64,000 nucleotides of DNA from Pelagomonas calceolata (GCA_918797485.1 CAKKNE010000005.1:1426001-1490000), one strand, 5' to 3'. Shown: positions 9,262-21,100, numbered from the stretch's first letter. Numbers and translations: made by a program. Notes: generated by a model not told the origin, from the letters alone.

Positions 9262-11088
9262 TTACCACGGCGCGTCCTTGAGCCAGAGCGGCTTCTGGTC
9301 CGCGCCCCGTCTATTGATGATGACCGTCGTCGGGTGGCCCAGGTCCCTGAGAAATTGGGCCGTCACGTCGGCCGCGTGCATATGGGGCGGCGTCAGCGGT
9401 CGTGGCTCGCGCTTGATCTTCCCGTCGGCGGTCTTGCGCCTGCCATAGTTCGCGTGGCGCCGGCGCGCGGCGGACTGCGCCCGCGTCGACCGCTCCCGCA
9501 TCAGCTCCAACCTCAAACGCGCGCAGTCCGCCGCGCAGCCCGCGAAGTCCCGATCCAACCTTCTCAAATCGACGCCGCCCGTCGCCTCGAGGGCGACGCG
9601 GAGCTTGAAGGCGAGCGTGGCCCGTTCTTTCTCCGTAAGTCGCAGCCGGCGCTCGGCGGCCTCCCGTCCCAATCGTTCGTCGGCGACGGCGCCGGCGGCG
9701 GCCGCGAAGGCCGCGTCCTTGGACCGGCGCCTTCTCTTAATGATCTCGCGCGCGACATTGGCCAACCGCGGGTTCGCGGTCCACACCTCGGCGCTCCCGT
9801 CGGCCCACTTCGACTGGCCCGAGGCCTCATCATATAAATAGTCCTGCTTCGTCTCGGGGTCCGTGTAGCGCTGCCACCGCGCCACCGCGGCGACGGCTTT
9901 GATGGCTTTGATCGGCGACCGCTTCGCTCGGAACGCCCTGATAATTTTCTGGCGCGCCATGATCTGCCTCGCGATGTTGTGGAGGCGCGGGTCGACGGCC
10001 CAGTCCTCGCCCGCGGCCCACTTGCTCTCTCCCGTTTTCTCGTCGTAGAGGTACTCGTACTGCGTCTCGGGGTCGACGTAGCGCTTGACGCTGCGCCGCC
10101 AGTGGACGGCCGCCTTCGTCGCGGCGACGGGCGATTTTATGGTCAAGGGCGCGGCGACCTTTTCGCAGGTCGCCGACGGCACGACCAGGAACCCCGTGTT
10201 ATCTCGCTTCTCGACGACGTAGGCGGCGCCGTCCCGGACGACCGCTTTGACGGTGCCCACGCCCAGGTCGCACTCGACCAAATCCCCCTCCTCCGCGGGC
10301 GCGGGCGCTCCGACGGCCGGCGTCTCCGCCTCGGCTTCGACGGGCGTCGCCGGCGCCTCCTCGTCGGACGGCGCCTCGCGGGGCGTCGACGGCGCCTCCG
10401 GGCTCTCCGGCACCACTGCCGCGGGCGTCGCCGGCGCCTCCGGGCTGTAAAACACGACCGCCGGCTCAAATTCGAGCGCCGCGTCGGCCGCGAAGACGTG
10501 GCGCGCGCCCAGGCGGGCGGCCGCCGCGGCCGTCGTCGCCGCCGCAAAGGCGGCCGTCGCGGCGCCGACGGCTTGTTCGGCCGCGGTGGACCGCCGGTGC
10601 GCCGCCGTCGCGGCTCTCAGTAAATCCTCCGCCGCGGCCGCGCGAACGTACGCCACCGCAGCAATTGCGCCCCAAACAGCGTCCGCCGCCGCAACCCGCG
10701 CGTCAGCGGCCGCGCCGGCAGCCGCCAGCGCGCGCCGGCCCGCCTGCTCCGCGTCGCCGAGGCGCCGCGTCGCGGCGGCCGACGTCCGTCCAAGACGTAC
10801 AATAACGTCCAGCTTCGCTTCGCAGGCGTCGAGCTCGTCCTCGGCGGCCTCGAGGTGCTCGCCGAAGCCCATCTTCGGGATGATCGTGCCGGTGCGCGCG
10901 AGCGCGACGCGCGCGGCCTCGACCGCGTCCGTCATCGCCGCGAGCTCCTCGACGATGGTCGCCGCGTCGCGGCCCGGCGGCGGCGGCGGCGTGGGGGGCT
11001 TCACAAATTCCTCGGCGGGAGGCTCGGGGCTCTGGAAGGCCGCCACGGCCGCGACCTTGGAGCGCCAGGGGCTCTTGAAGAGGCCCAT
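9262..11088 (-). CDS. Coiled-coil protein with two WW/OCRE-like repeats
   Basis: Duplicated RYxDPETxxxYLYDExxGxSKWA...W..(D/N)PRL.N.AR.I unit; likely start MGLFKSPW. Confidence 0.65.
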   Translation of the reverse strand: MGLFKSPWRSKVAAVAAFQSPEPPAEEFVKPPTPPPPPGRDAATIVEELAAMTDAVEAARVALARTGTIIPKMGFGEHLEAAEDELDACEAKLDVIVRLGRTSAAATRRLGDAEQAGRRALAAAGAAADARVAAADAVWGAIAAVAYVRAAAAEDLLRAATAAHRRSTAAEQAVGAATAAFAAATTAAAAARLGARHVFAADAALEFEPAVVFYSPEAPATPAAVVPESPEAPSTPREAPSDEEAPATPVEAEAETPAVGAPAPAEEGDLVECDLGVGTVKAVVRDGAAYVVEKRDNTGFLVVPSATCEKVAAPLTIKSPVAATKAAVHWRRSVKRYVDPETQYEYLYDEKTGESKWAAGEDWAVDPRLHNIARQIMARQKIIRAFRAKRSPIKAIKAVAAVARWQRYTDPETKQDYLYDEASGQSKWADGSAEVWTANPRLANVAREIIKRRRRSKDAAFAAAAGAVADERLGREAAERRLRLTEKERATLAFKLRVALEATGGVDLRRLDRDFAGCAADCARLRLELMRERSTRAQSAARRRHANYGRRKTADGKIKREPRPLTPPHMHAADVTAQFLRDLGHPTTVIINRRGADQKPLWLKDAPW

Positions 11089-11291
11089 GGTGGTCTGTTT
11101 GGCGCTGCCCGGCAGCCCTGTCGATCTGTGTTGGTTGGCAAGCCCGTCTGGCAGCCCCGCGACGTCGTATAAGCTGCCCAATGCCGGCTTCGCAGCGGCT
11201 GCAACGATTTTACCCGCACGAGAGCGTCGCGCCGGCGTCGAGGTGGTAACATGAGACGCCATCATCGGCGCGAAGGTTCAACACAACACGT

Positions 11292-12485
11292 CTAGTTAGG
11301 AAACGCCGCCCGCGCGCCATCAACACCAAGACACACCGCCGCGAGCGCGCGCGCCGCGTCGACGTCCCCCCCCAGGAACAGCACCCTAGCTCGCGTCAGG
11401 GGGTCCGTCGCGGCCACGGTTAACTCAGGAGACACGGCCAGGGCCCCGAGGAACATGCGGCACCGCAGGTCCAGGTCCGACGCCCGCAGGCGCGCCTTCG
11501 TCGTGATCCTCAGCAGGTCGAGCTGGAGCTTGAAGCCGTGCGTCGGCGGCAGCGCGCGCCACGCGTCGTCGGCCCTCCTGCCTATCTCGTCGGCCGCCTC
11601 GTTATTATCGACCGATAAAGCTGTCCAGGCGCCGTCCAAGCACTTGATCGCCTCTTCCGGCGGGCCCCGGGGGCACCGTAGCAACGCGTCGAGGGTGGTC
11701 GAGGCACAGAGCCGGCACTCGCATTTAAAGTCGTAGGCCTCCTGGAGGCGCTGCCGTCGTATCTCCGTCGTGTTTCCCGCATGGGGAAGGTAGCACAGCG
11801 TCACGGGTTCGTGCGGGGAAATGGCGCGTAAGGACCGCACCGTCGCTCTTATCGGAAGGCCCGGCCGGATGTCCACACTTAGATAAGCGTTCGCGTCGCA
11901 GGCGTGGTCGAAGCGCGACAACGGCTCCGAGAGCAGCTGGCCGAGCTGCACGCCCGTGAGGTCGTCAAAACGGTCTAGGCCCGGTGTTGAGCCGGCCGCG
12001 TGGTCTACGAGCGCGTGAGCGTTCAATCGAGCGGCTTGGATGCACGCGAAGCAGTCCTCCTCGGTCCGCTTCGTTATTCTTCCTAGGTTGCCCGCGACCA
12101 GCTGGAAGATCTGCAGCGTCCGCGAATCCAACTCCCGCGAGTCCTGGACCAACTTACTAAAGTCGATCGTGCCCGCGGCCAATGCTGCCGCACAGAGCGC
12201 GACTGACCCTTGCGCCGGCCCCAACAACTGCGCCGCGTCGGCCCACCGCTGTAACGAAGGGTCCCTGGCGCAGCGCGCGTCGCAGGCCTTGCAGGCGACG
12301 CCCGTGACTTCCTCCTCACACGTACAGCAACAGAGAGCGCAGCGCGACTGCATATGTTGACATTCCACCGCAAAAATGACCTCCTCGTCGACGACTAGAG
12401 CCGTGCCCGGGTCGACGGGCGCCGTGGCGACGACCTGTTGGCCGTGCGGGCCCGCGGTTACTTCGCATTTACTGAAGATGGCCAT
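11292..12485 (-). CDS. SMYD-like SET-domain protein
   Basis: HGQQVVATAPVDPG, SRFDHACDANA, EPVTLCYL and RRQRLQEAYDFKCECRLC (post-SET); MYND-like cysteines. Confidence 0.8.
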   Translation of the reverse strand: MAIFSKCEVTAGPHGQQVVATAPVDPGTALVVDEEVIFAVECQHMQSRCALCCCTCEEEVTGVACKACDARCARDPSLQRWADAAQLLGPAQGSVALCAAALAAGTIDFSKLVQDSRELDSRTLQIFQLVAGNLGRITKRTEEDCFACIQAARLNAHALVDHAAGSTPGLDRFDDLTGVQLGQLLSEPLSRFDHACDANAYLSVDIRPGLPIRATVRSLRAISPHEPVTLCYLPHAGNTTEIRRQRLQEAYDFKCECRLCASTTLDALLRCPRGPPEEAIKCLDGAWTALSVDNNEAADEIGRRADDAWRALPPTHGFKLQLDLLRITTKARLRASDLDLRCRMFLGALAVSPELTVAATDPLTRARVLFLGGDVDAARALAAVCLGVDGARAAFPN

Positions 12486-12684
12486 GTCTGGTGGTGGGAG
12501 AGGTTGCTCTAAGCGATGCCTGTGCTTTGCTCTCTGAAGGTGGGAGAGCCCTTGCTCGTTCCGCACGCTTTCACGCTTGCGGCTAGGGAGCGGTGCGGCT
12601 CTGATGAGATATGGCTGCAACTTCTCGCCACAGCGGTATGCCTGCGCCTGCGCTTGCAGCTTCAGGCCTTGCCTGGCTTGCCTG

Positions 12685-12706
12685 GCTAGCGGTCTAAGAC
12701 ACTAGC
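12685..12706 (+). promoter_or_regulatory. Recurrent intergenic motif copy
   Basis: GCTAGCGGTCTAAGACACTAGC, 200 bp upstream of the SET gene but oriented away from it. Confidence 0.55.
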
Positions 12707-12823
12707 AACAAGCCGCTCGCGAACCCGTGCGCGCGGACGCCGTCGACGACGAGCGAGTGTCCGGAGACCCCCTTCCACGCGGGATGGTGGATCCCCCACG
12801 ACAGGCACATAACTGGCCGCGCG

Positions 12824-13306
12824 TTACTTCCGCACCCTACCGGACGACCCGCTCGCGGCCTTGTCCTCCTCGCGCTCCTCCATGAGCTCGTCCATCTGCG
12901 CGCAGACGCTTAAAACCTCCTTCTTCGACGACTCGCAGAGCTCGCCGCCGACGAAGATCTCGTCGAGGATGTAGTACGCCTTGTGGAAGTTGAAGATGAT
13001 GTCGAGCTCGCACACGTTCCCGAAGTACCGATCCAGCACCTCGACGTACAGGTGAATCATCTCGAGCGTGATCAGCTCGTTGTCTTCCGCGTCCACACAA
13101 ACAATGAAGAATAAGGAAGCGTACCGCTTATAAATGATCTTCTTGTTGCGCCACTCCACGAAGTTGCACATCTTCGGCGCTCGCGCTAATACGGTGGACG
13201 TGATCTCGCGCACTATTCGCGCCTTCTCCTTAGCAGCGTACGACTCGTACCACTTCGTGAGTCTGGTTTTGCCCTGGCGGCTTACTAACAAGAGGAAGTT
13301 GATCAT
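12824..13306 (-). CDS. AP1S: AP-1 adaptor complex sigma subunit
   Basis: [20 protein letters not shown]...[11 protein letters not shown]...[42 protein letters not shown] is the canonical sigma-1 sequence. Confidence 0.95.
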   Translation of the reverse strand: MINFLLLVSRQGKTRLTKWYESYAAKEKARIVREITSTVLARAPKMCNFVEWRNKKIIYKRYASLFFIVCVDAEDNELITLEMIHLYVEVLDRYFGNVCELDIIFNFHKAYYILDEIFVGGELCESSKKEVLSVCAQMDELMEEREEDKAASGSSGRVRK

Positions 13307-13514
13307 TGTGTTTGCGTCGGCCGCGGCTCTGCTTTTGCGGCCGCGCGCCGCGCTGGGCGCAGGCGCTGCCTTGGCTGGTGGTGCGCGGGGCGCGCGCGGT
13401 GGATGCTTGCGCGAGCTACTGGCAGTGCGTGAGAGCTGTAAAATGACCTCTTCACACAGAGCGCTGCGTCGCCGGCGATCGCGTTCACAAAACACAGCCC
13501 AGGCTGCTTTGCTT

Positions 13515-13536
13515 GCTAGTGTCTCAGGCCGCTAGC
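13515..13536 (-). promoter_or_regulatory. Recurrent intergenic motif copy
   Basis: GCTAGTGTCTCAGGCCGCTAGC, 209 bp upstream of the AP1S ATG. Confidence 0.6.
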
Positions 13537-14178
13537 GAAAAACGTGTTTCGCTGGCAACGGAGCGGAGGCCGGTGCGCGGGAAGGGCCCGCTTGGCGAGG
13601 ACGGTTGCTCGAGCGCCGCCAGACTAGTGTTGGGGGCGCGCGCGCCGCGCGGCTGGACGTCATGTCTCACACTGGCTTGGATGGCGCCAGTCACCCATCT
13701 CCGAGCGCCTCCTCGGTTCGATTCCCGGACCGCTCGCAGACCACCTTGAATCGAAGTTGCAATGGTGGGGCGTCGCGGCCGGCGGCCCGGGCGGCGCGTT
13801 GCGCGATTGGGCCATTGGGCCCTGAAGTCCTCGAGTAGAGGTCCACGCGGCTTCGTGCGTGTCCGGAGAGTCGCGTGAGTGATAAAAACCCGAGCGTCAA
13901 AATCTGTTGAGATGTTGCATAGTTAAGGGCAGCAAGTGTGTCACTCTAAACGACAGCTCGAAATTGCAGTGCGCATCGAGGACCAGTAGACTCGCGCGCC
14001 GACGAAAAACAAACAACCTGTACATACTCCTATTCACTTCCCCGCGTTCACGATACTCGCATTGCACATAGTACCCTATCGCGAATCATACCAGCCGCGC
14101 CGAGCCGACGCTCGCGCGCGTAATACTCAAATGAAACCACTTCACGCCACCGGCGCTTTCCTCATGGACTCATGGAGA

Positions 14179-15156
14179 TCACACAACAGTTCTTACGCGC
14201 GCCGCCGCGACGACGCCGACGGCCAGCGCCAGCACAAAATACCCGAGCGGCACGCGTCGCCGGCGCGGCGCCGCGTTGAGGGCCGCGCGCGCCGCGCCGA
14301 CGCACCCGGCGTGCTCGACGCTCCCCAGCACGACGCGGTCGGCCCGGCCCGGCAGGCACGTCCAGTCCATCTCGCGCGCGTGCCGCCGGACGCGGTCCAG
14401 GAACGGCGGCCCCGCGCGCGCGACGCCGCCCGTGAGCACGACGGCCCCGACGTCGAGCGTCCGGCAGAGGTCGAGGCAGCCCACGGCGAGGTAGCGCGCG
14501 GCGCCGTCGACGGCGCGCGCCGCGCGGTCGTCGCTCGCTGCCCGCGCGACGACGTCCCGGCACGTAACTGAATCGTCGCCGTACGCCCTCACGATGGCCG
14601 GCGCCGCGGCGTAGGCCTCGAGGCAGCCCCGCGCGCCGCACGGACATGGGCGGCCGTCGGGCCCGCCGACGCTCGCGTGGCCGGCCTCGACGTCCCTTAA
14701 CGGGGCGTCTCCGCCTAAAAAGAGCCCGCAGCCGACGCCCGTGCCCAGGGTGAGGACGGCGGCCCTCTCAAACCCACGGGCGGCCCCAACCCAGCGCTCT
14801 GCTAAAGCAGCAGCATCGGCGTCGTTGACGAGGACGATGCGCTTGCCGTGGAGGCGCGCCGCCACGAGCGCCGCGAGCGGCACGGGGAACCGGGCGCCGC
14901 GGAAGAGGTTCGCGCAACCCGTAATAGCGTCTCCCTCAATCGCCCCGGGCGCGCCGACGCCCACGGCCCGCACGGCGGCCCAGTCGCGCACGCAGCTTTG
15001 AGCCACGCGCGCGAGCACTTCTGCAACAGCAGCCGGCGCGAGCGTCGCCGCTCCGTCGCCGAGCGGTTCCAAGGCGTGCGCGAGCACGCGGCCTTCGTCG
15101 TCGACGAGGGCGCCCTTGACGTTCGTCGCGCCGAGGTCCAGGCCCAAATAACTCAT
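14179..15156 (-). CDS. ROK-family sugar kinase (glucokinase-like) with C-terminal TM
   Basis: DLGATN, NDADAAALAERWVGA, LTLGTGVGCG, EAGH, Zn site CPCGARGCLEAY; hydrophobic tail. Confidence 0.9.
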   Translation of the reverse strand: MSYLGLDLGATNVKGALVDDEGRVLAHALEPLGDGAATLAPAAVAEVLARVAQSCVRDWAAVRAVGVGAPGAIEGDAITGCANLFRGARFPVPLAALVAARLHGKRIVLVNDADAAALAERWVGAARGFERAAVLTLGTGVGCGLFLGGDAPLRDVEAGHASVGGPDGRPCPCGARGCLEAYAAAPAIVRAYGDDSVTCRDVVARAASDDRAARAVDGAARYLAVGCLDLCRTLDVGAVVLTGGVARAGPPFLDRVRRHAREMDWTCLPGRADRVVLGSVEHAGCVGAARAALNAAPRRRRVPLGYFVLALAVGVVAAARVRTVV

Positions 15157-15191
15157 TTCTTCCGCAGCGCTTCCAGCGCTTCCTCCGAGGA

Positions 15192-15347
15192 TTATTTCTT
15201 CCGCAGCGCGTCGACGGCTTCCTCGAGGGCGCGCGCCTCGGCAGCTTGTGCTTCCGCTCGCTCGGCGGCTCGCAGCACGGCTGCTTCGAATTCCTCGACA
15301 GCGATGCGCGTGGCTGTCGTTGACGAGTCCTGCGGTGCGTTGTCCAT
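15192..15347 (-). CDS. Short coiled-coil ORF (51 aa) immediately upstream of ROK
   Basis: ATG-initiated with an alpha-helical composition; its 3' end is tandemly duplicated. Confidence 0.3.
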   Translation of the reverse strand: MDNAPQDSSTTATRIAVEEFEAAVLRAAERAEAQAAEARALEEAVDALRKK

Positions 15348-15390
15348 CTCTACGCAGCTGTGTGGCGCCGCACCTGTCAAGGCCAAGCTT

Positions 15391-15414
15391 GCTAGTGTCT
15401 TACAGGCCGCTAGC
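15391..15414 (-). promoter_or_regulatory. Recurrent intergenic motif (consensus copy)
   Basis: GCTAGTGTCTTACAGGCCGCTAGC; a second degenerate copy lies at 15465-15485. Confidence 0.65.
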
Positions 15415-16331
15415 CCACGGATTTCCTAACGGGAGCCCTGGAAGCCGCGCCCCGGCAAGGTTTCCTAGTGTCTTCCTCCGCTAGCCGCTGCTTTGAAGCC
15501 GAGATACATATGAGTTCTCATTATACGATAGCGCGGCGTCGACGCCGCGGCTAAGGTCCGGATTCGCGATATGTGCACGATTCACCGATCATGATGGGGG
15601 GAGAGGGGGATATGTGTATGTACAGGAGCGGCGCGGCCTTCCGAAGAACGCCTACTGGTCGCCGCAGAGGACCGACGACTGGCCCTTGATGCGCATGAAG
15701 ATCGTGAAGACCGACGACGCAGGTCGCGTGACTCGCGTCGCGCGGCGCTCGCGGGCGACGTCCGTTTTTTACGCGTGGACTCGCTCTGGTCGGTGCGAGG
15801 GTTGTGTCGGTGCGCGCGCGGCGGCGCCGCGCCCCGCGCTCTCTTGAATACTGCGGTGTGTAAACTTTTGTGTTCACAGTGCAGTCTTTGTTGTCGCTCG
15901 AGGAATCGAGAGCTGAGAGTCGCGCGCGTTGTGAAGTGTATGAAGCGCTTCGTGCGGACGGTTTGAAAGAGCTCTCGGACGCGGGCGCGCGCGCGGCGGG
16001 TCGAGATGCCAAATGGCTTGCAACGTGAGCAACTATGGTACGCACGACGGTCTTTGAACTTTGCTCAAAAACGTTTCCGAACGTTCAAGACCGTTCACCA
16101 CGACGACCAGGACCGGTAGGCCGGGCCTCAGTAAGCAGCAGCGCGACGCGCGCGGCCGCCGCGGACGCGAAGCCGCACACTCCCTTAGTCCCCAGGCTCC
16201 TTGTAATATCTCGTCCCGGCGAAGAAGACCGCCGAGGGTCGAGAATCGAAGATCAGCCACGGTTAAGCTAGAGACCCACGCGCCCCGACCATAACCTTCA
16301 AAAAACGCGCGCTTAGCCTCAAGAGCACGAC

Positions 16332-17003
16332 TCACGCCGCCTCGACGAGCGCGCGGCGCGCGAGCGCCTTGTAGCACTCGAGGCCGTCGAGCCGGCGCAT
16401 GGCCGGGAAGTTCGGCAGGGGCTCGGCGGCGGCCTCGGCGCGCGGCGGCGGCGACGGCTCCGACGCGAACGGCGGCTCGACGCCCGCGGGCTCCTCGGGC
16501 TCCGCGGCGGGCGGCGGCGGCGGCGCGGCCGGCGCGGCCTCGGCGGCGGCGGCCTCGACGGCGACGCCCTCGATCGCGAGGTCCGCGGCCTCGACGGGCG
16601 GCGGCGGCGGCGGCGGCGGCTCGACGCGCGGCTTCGGCTTGGCGGCCTTCTTCGCGGCGGGCCGCGGCTTGCGCGGCGGCGCGACGCGCGCCTTCGGCGG
16701 CGCCGGCTTCCGCGGCTCCGGCTTCGCGGGCTTCGCAGGCGCCGGCTTCGCGGCGACAACCTTACGCTTCGGAGGCGCCTGCGCCGGCGGCGCGGCGGGC
16801 GCCGGCGGCGGGCGGACGCGCGGCCGCGGGACCGCGCGCTGCGCCGCCGCCGCGCGTTTCGGATTGGCCTTGAGGCGCTGCGTCGCCGCCGCGCGCGAGG
16901 CCCGGATTTTCGCCGCTTTGGCGTCTCGGCGTTCCGCGGCGGCGGCGCGGGCCTGTGCGGCGGCGGCAAAGGGGTCGGTCGTTGCAGGGACTTGTGCTGC
17001 CAT
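16332..17003 (-). CDS. Pro/Ala/Lys-rich hypothetical protein
   Basis: ATG start, strong GC3 bias, motif copy 146 bp upstream. Confidence 0.6.
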   Translation of the reverse strand: MAAQVPATTDPFAAAAQARAAAAERRDAKAAKIRASRAAATQRLKANPKRAAAAQRAVPRPRVRPPPAPAAPPAQAPPKRKVVAAKPAPAKPAKPEPRKPAPPKARVAPPRKPRPAAKKAAKPKPRVEPPPPPPPPVEAADLAIEGVAVEAAAAEAAPAAPPPPPAAEPEEPAGVEPPFASEPSPPPRAEAAAEPLPNFPAMRRLDGLECYKALARRALVEAA

Positions 17004-17148
17004 TGGTACTACAATCGTAACGTTTAAATCAAGTACACTCCGTAGTCATCAGGTAATGTTGTGCCTGGGCGCTGCGATGGCGTGCCGTGGGGCTGCCCGC
17101 GATTGCTTCCGCTGTGCGGTGCTTGTGTGTGCTTTAAAATTAATTCTT

Positions 17149-17172
17149 GCTAGTATGTTACAGGACGCTAGC
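17149..17172 (-). promoter_or_regulatory. Recurrent intergenic motif copy
   Basis: GCTAGTATGTTACAGGACGCTAGC. Confidence 0.6.
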
Positions 17173-17237
17173 TGGTTATGTTTTTTGCGTGGTGCAAGTC
17201 AGGAGGCGCCGCGAGCCTTCGCGGCTATAATCATCCA

Positions 17238-17929
17238 ATGTCGGCGAGCATCCCTCCCGCGCGTCGCGAGCTCACTCAACTGAGTGCGACTGAAACAAAT
17301 GCACTCCCCGAGGACCTCCTCAGGGCCATCCTGAGTTATGTGTCTTTACGGGAGTTAACGGTCCTCCCGGGACATGTCTACGGCCTTGATGTTCCGGCTA
17401 CAGTCGTAGGCAACGGCCAGCGCTCTCTGATTTCCATCCTCCGGCCGTTGCGGAGTCGCGTGATCAAGTGCCCCGACGATATCCCGTTGCCAAAAAATGC
17501 GTGTTCCAAGGAGATCACGATATTGCTATCTCAGCTGCGAATGGCGCGGTACTCATAGTTAACGGGTGCATCATCAATCATTCTAACGTTGCTGGCGTGG
17601 CTGTCGACGGGGAGCACAGTTTGGTTGCATTTGACAAGCAGCCTACCCACGGCGCAGACCCCACGGTCTACCTGTCCCGGCCGCGGATCGCCGAGGAGGA
17701 GGAGGATGAGGAGGAGGAGACCTGGCCCCCGCGCATGTGTATTTCCAACTTAGGAAGAGTCGAACTGCCTCAGGCACGCGCGCGCGAATTAGAGTACCTC
17801 GTCCCCGACGACTGCGTCGGCGACATGGTGTGTCGTTTTGACTCCCCCCCAGATACAAGTGCCGTTAGCCCGCTTCGCATTACAAACGTCCGGACGGACG
17901 GCGAAGGTAATCGCTACGTCCTGGCCTGA
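17238..17929 (+). pseudogene. Degenerate F-box plus beta-helix-like gene split by a frameshift
   Basis: LPEDLLRAILSYVSLREL (F-box-like) in one frame; CVFQGDHDIAISAANGAVLIVNGCIINHSNVAGVAV (beta-helix-like) in another. The switch is near the A6 run at ~17492. Confidence 0.45.
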
Positions 17930-18131
17930 CACGCTCGTCGCGCGAGGAGACTAAATCCATTTTGCATGAGTTTTCCACAACGCACGCGGGCGGCCCCACG
18001 TGCCCGCGAGCGCCCCGCCACAGGGCTCTCGCAAAGAGTCTCAGCTCATCGGGCCTAGGAGTACCAGCAACTTTTGGATGTGCAAGACAGCAAACTCCTA
18101 CTCATACAACAACTACATAACACAAAACAGC

Positions 18132-21100
18132 CTACGGAAACGCCGAGGAAGCCGCCCGCAGCAGCGCTCCCCGCGCCTCCGCAACGACGTCGGCCGACTC
18201 CGGCGCGCGCGCGTCGAGCACCGCGCCGTCGTCCGGCCACTCAGCACAAGTGAAGTCGGAAAGCGCTGCCGCCAGCAATTCATCACAAACGAAGGCCGCG
18301 CCCCTTCTAGAACCATTCTGATCACCCGCGAGGCGCGCCTCCACGAGACTCCCGTATTTCGACGCGTCCCCGGAACGTGATACCCCAAACCGCCCGCAGC
18401 CCGGCCCCGTCGCCGCGCGCAGTTTTGCGACGCGTTGAGCTTGCTCCGTGAAGCGCCAGACGCGTCCGTCGACCGTTTGTGCATATGAGGAGAGGAACCG
18501 GCACGCCGCGACGAGCGCCCGCCGCCCTAAACAAGACCGGGCCACGGCCTCGTTCAGCACAAGCGTCTCCACGATGAAGACGACGACAGCTCTTAGATCT
18601 TGATTATCCAACGCTAGATCCGCCGCCTTGGCCGCTTCGGTCGTAGCATCATGCCTCATACTGTCATATATCCCTTTCAAAACGGGCGACTGGCTCCAGT
18701 CCGTGTCCTTCAGCAACACGTCACCAATGTCCGGCACGGGATGGACCCGCATGCGCTGCGTCAGGTATAGAGCCAAGACGGCGTCGTCGAATCCTGATAC
18801 TTTCTCGGAACCGTCCATACCGAACACATAAAAGTACGCGTCCTTCGGTTCGATCTTGTTCAGTAACAACCCGGCGGCCGTTCCATCCGTTGACGGAGGT
18901 CGCGCGTGCTGGCAGAAGTAGTCTACCAGCAATAACTCATCGGCGCGCGCGAAACACTCAACTTTGGCGTCATTATTCTCAGAGGCGTCGGACGCCGTCG
19001 ACTCCGTGTCGCTTCGGTCCTGCGCTTGTAATTCCTTCCGCCGTTTCGCTTCCGCGCGGCCCCGTTTTATCGAAGCCTCCACCCCGTCCAAGTCGCGTTT
19101 CGCGGGCACCTGCGCGGGCGGCGCGTCGACGGCGTTATCACACAGATAAAAGACGTACCTCGGGGTACTCGAGCTCGTCCTCGCTCCAGACGTCCCGCGC
19201 CTCCATCCGAAGTCGCTCAGAGGCCGACATGCGTTTATTGGGGTCTTCTACACTACCGTCCAAAATGCCCAGCGTGTCCAACGGCGCTTTTCTCTCAGCT
19301 CTAAACTTCGGGCGCTCGTAGCCAACTCTCGCTAAATCCGCGTCGCATAAGCAGTCCATCATACCTCGGACACCTCTATCGAGATCGACGAAGAACAGAG
19401 GCGCGTCCTCCAGCACTCGCTCATGTTTTACTTGCGAATCGTACAGGATAGCCATCCACTTGATTAAGCGAGCACACCACTCGTAATTCTTGCCCTCGTC
19501 GTCGAATTTCTGATGAGATAAATGGATTCTCGCCCAGCTCGTCAGGCCGTTCTGGTGGAAGAGTGATCGACGCGCCGGCTTTGTGGTTAACAACGCGTCG
19601 AGTAGCTTCAAAGCGTCGTTCGAGGCTTGACGCACGTCTTTCACGGCTCTTCTTAGTTTATAAGCAGGCTCATCTAACAGTCTCTTGGCGCCCGGCGGCA
19701 CTTCGCCTAAGAATGTTAACTTGCCTTCCACGGGGTCGTAGCCGCCCGTCCGTAACGCGTCGTAGTGCGCCATGAGTAGAGGTAGGGCGTGGGCATCCCT
19801 TAGCAATCTACCGGACTCGTCGTCTCGACAGCCCTCGATGAGTAGAGCCATGGCCCACCGTCGCGTCTTCTTCTGGAGTTTTTCGGAGGGCGTAAATGCG
19901 ACGAAGGACGGGACTTTACAGGTATCAGGCATGCGCAGCGCTTCCTTTAACAATGGAGCATCCTGCCACGGTCGCAACTTACTACGTCGTAGGACGTATT
20001 GGTGCGACGCGGCGTATCCCGGGTGGTTCGGGTCCTGCAGCGCTTCGCAGACGGCGCTCGCTACTCGTGCCGCTAAGCAGGGGAATTGTGGGACGACACC
20101 GTCCTCAAAACCTCCCCTTTTGGCAGCGGCGCCGCCCCGCACACCATCGATCAACAAACAAAAGGCCTTCCTGCCTCTGAATTGTGGATCTTCTTGCGCT
20201 TCAGAACTCTTCGCGTAGGTGCCTATCAAGTCTAGACACCCGAAGGCGTAGTTTCGCGTCGCCGGGCTCTTTGAGGCTAGTGCCGCCAGGCAGTAAGAAG
20301 CTATGCCGCTCTCGTGGGCCCGCTTCGCGGCTGTTGCTTTCGTAGAGGTGCACTCACTTAAACACGAAAATAGCGCTGGCAATAAAAAGCGCGGGTCTAT
20401 ACCATCTTCCGTACACGCTTCATTTTCATCAGCCACCGCGGATCGGGATAAAGGAAACTTTGATGCCGTCCGCGCTATTGAGTTACTGTCAAACACATGT
20501 AAGGGCCACAGGGGCCCCGACGCGTTTCGGGACGAGGCCCACGTTTGCAATTCGGGGCCGTCGACGGTGCAGCCTCGCTTGTTGAGGACGTCTAGAGCAG
20601 CCCTGTCGGTATCAGATAAAGTGCCGCCGTAATGTTTCAGAGCTAATGTCAGGGCGTCCTCGTGGTCATCTAAGAGTAGTAAAGCGTGCAATCGCAGGTC
20701 CTCGTCCTCCAGAGCCTTTGCGAGGTAGTCTTCCGAAGCTCTTGTGAACTTCAATGCTCGCAGCGTGTTCACGGAAGGTGATCTAGAGAGAGCTTTTGTG
20801 ATAACATCCTCAGAAACGTGGACGTCGCCCAGCAGCAAGGCTTCGTCAATCGGCGTATCGCTCAGCAGACAGCGCTCGACGTGGTCAGTGGCCGCGCCGT
20901 CCAGAAAGTCTCGACAAGACCTTTGCAACGAGCCCGTCGCTAGAGTTGAAACGCGCGCCACCCACCGTAATCCCTCTTTGCTATGCACCGTGTCCGCCTC
21001 GAGGTGCGTGACTACTGTTTGTATGGTACTAGAAGACCAGCTGAGTGGAGGCGCATCGTCTAATCGAGCGAGGGCCGCATCCAGCAAAGCAGCATCGTCC

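Noticed and set aside
12720..12815. Possible small RNA downstream of the motif at 12685
   Set aside because: No recognisable box or structure consensus; unsupported without RNA data.
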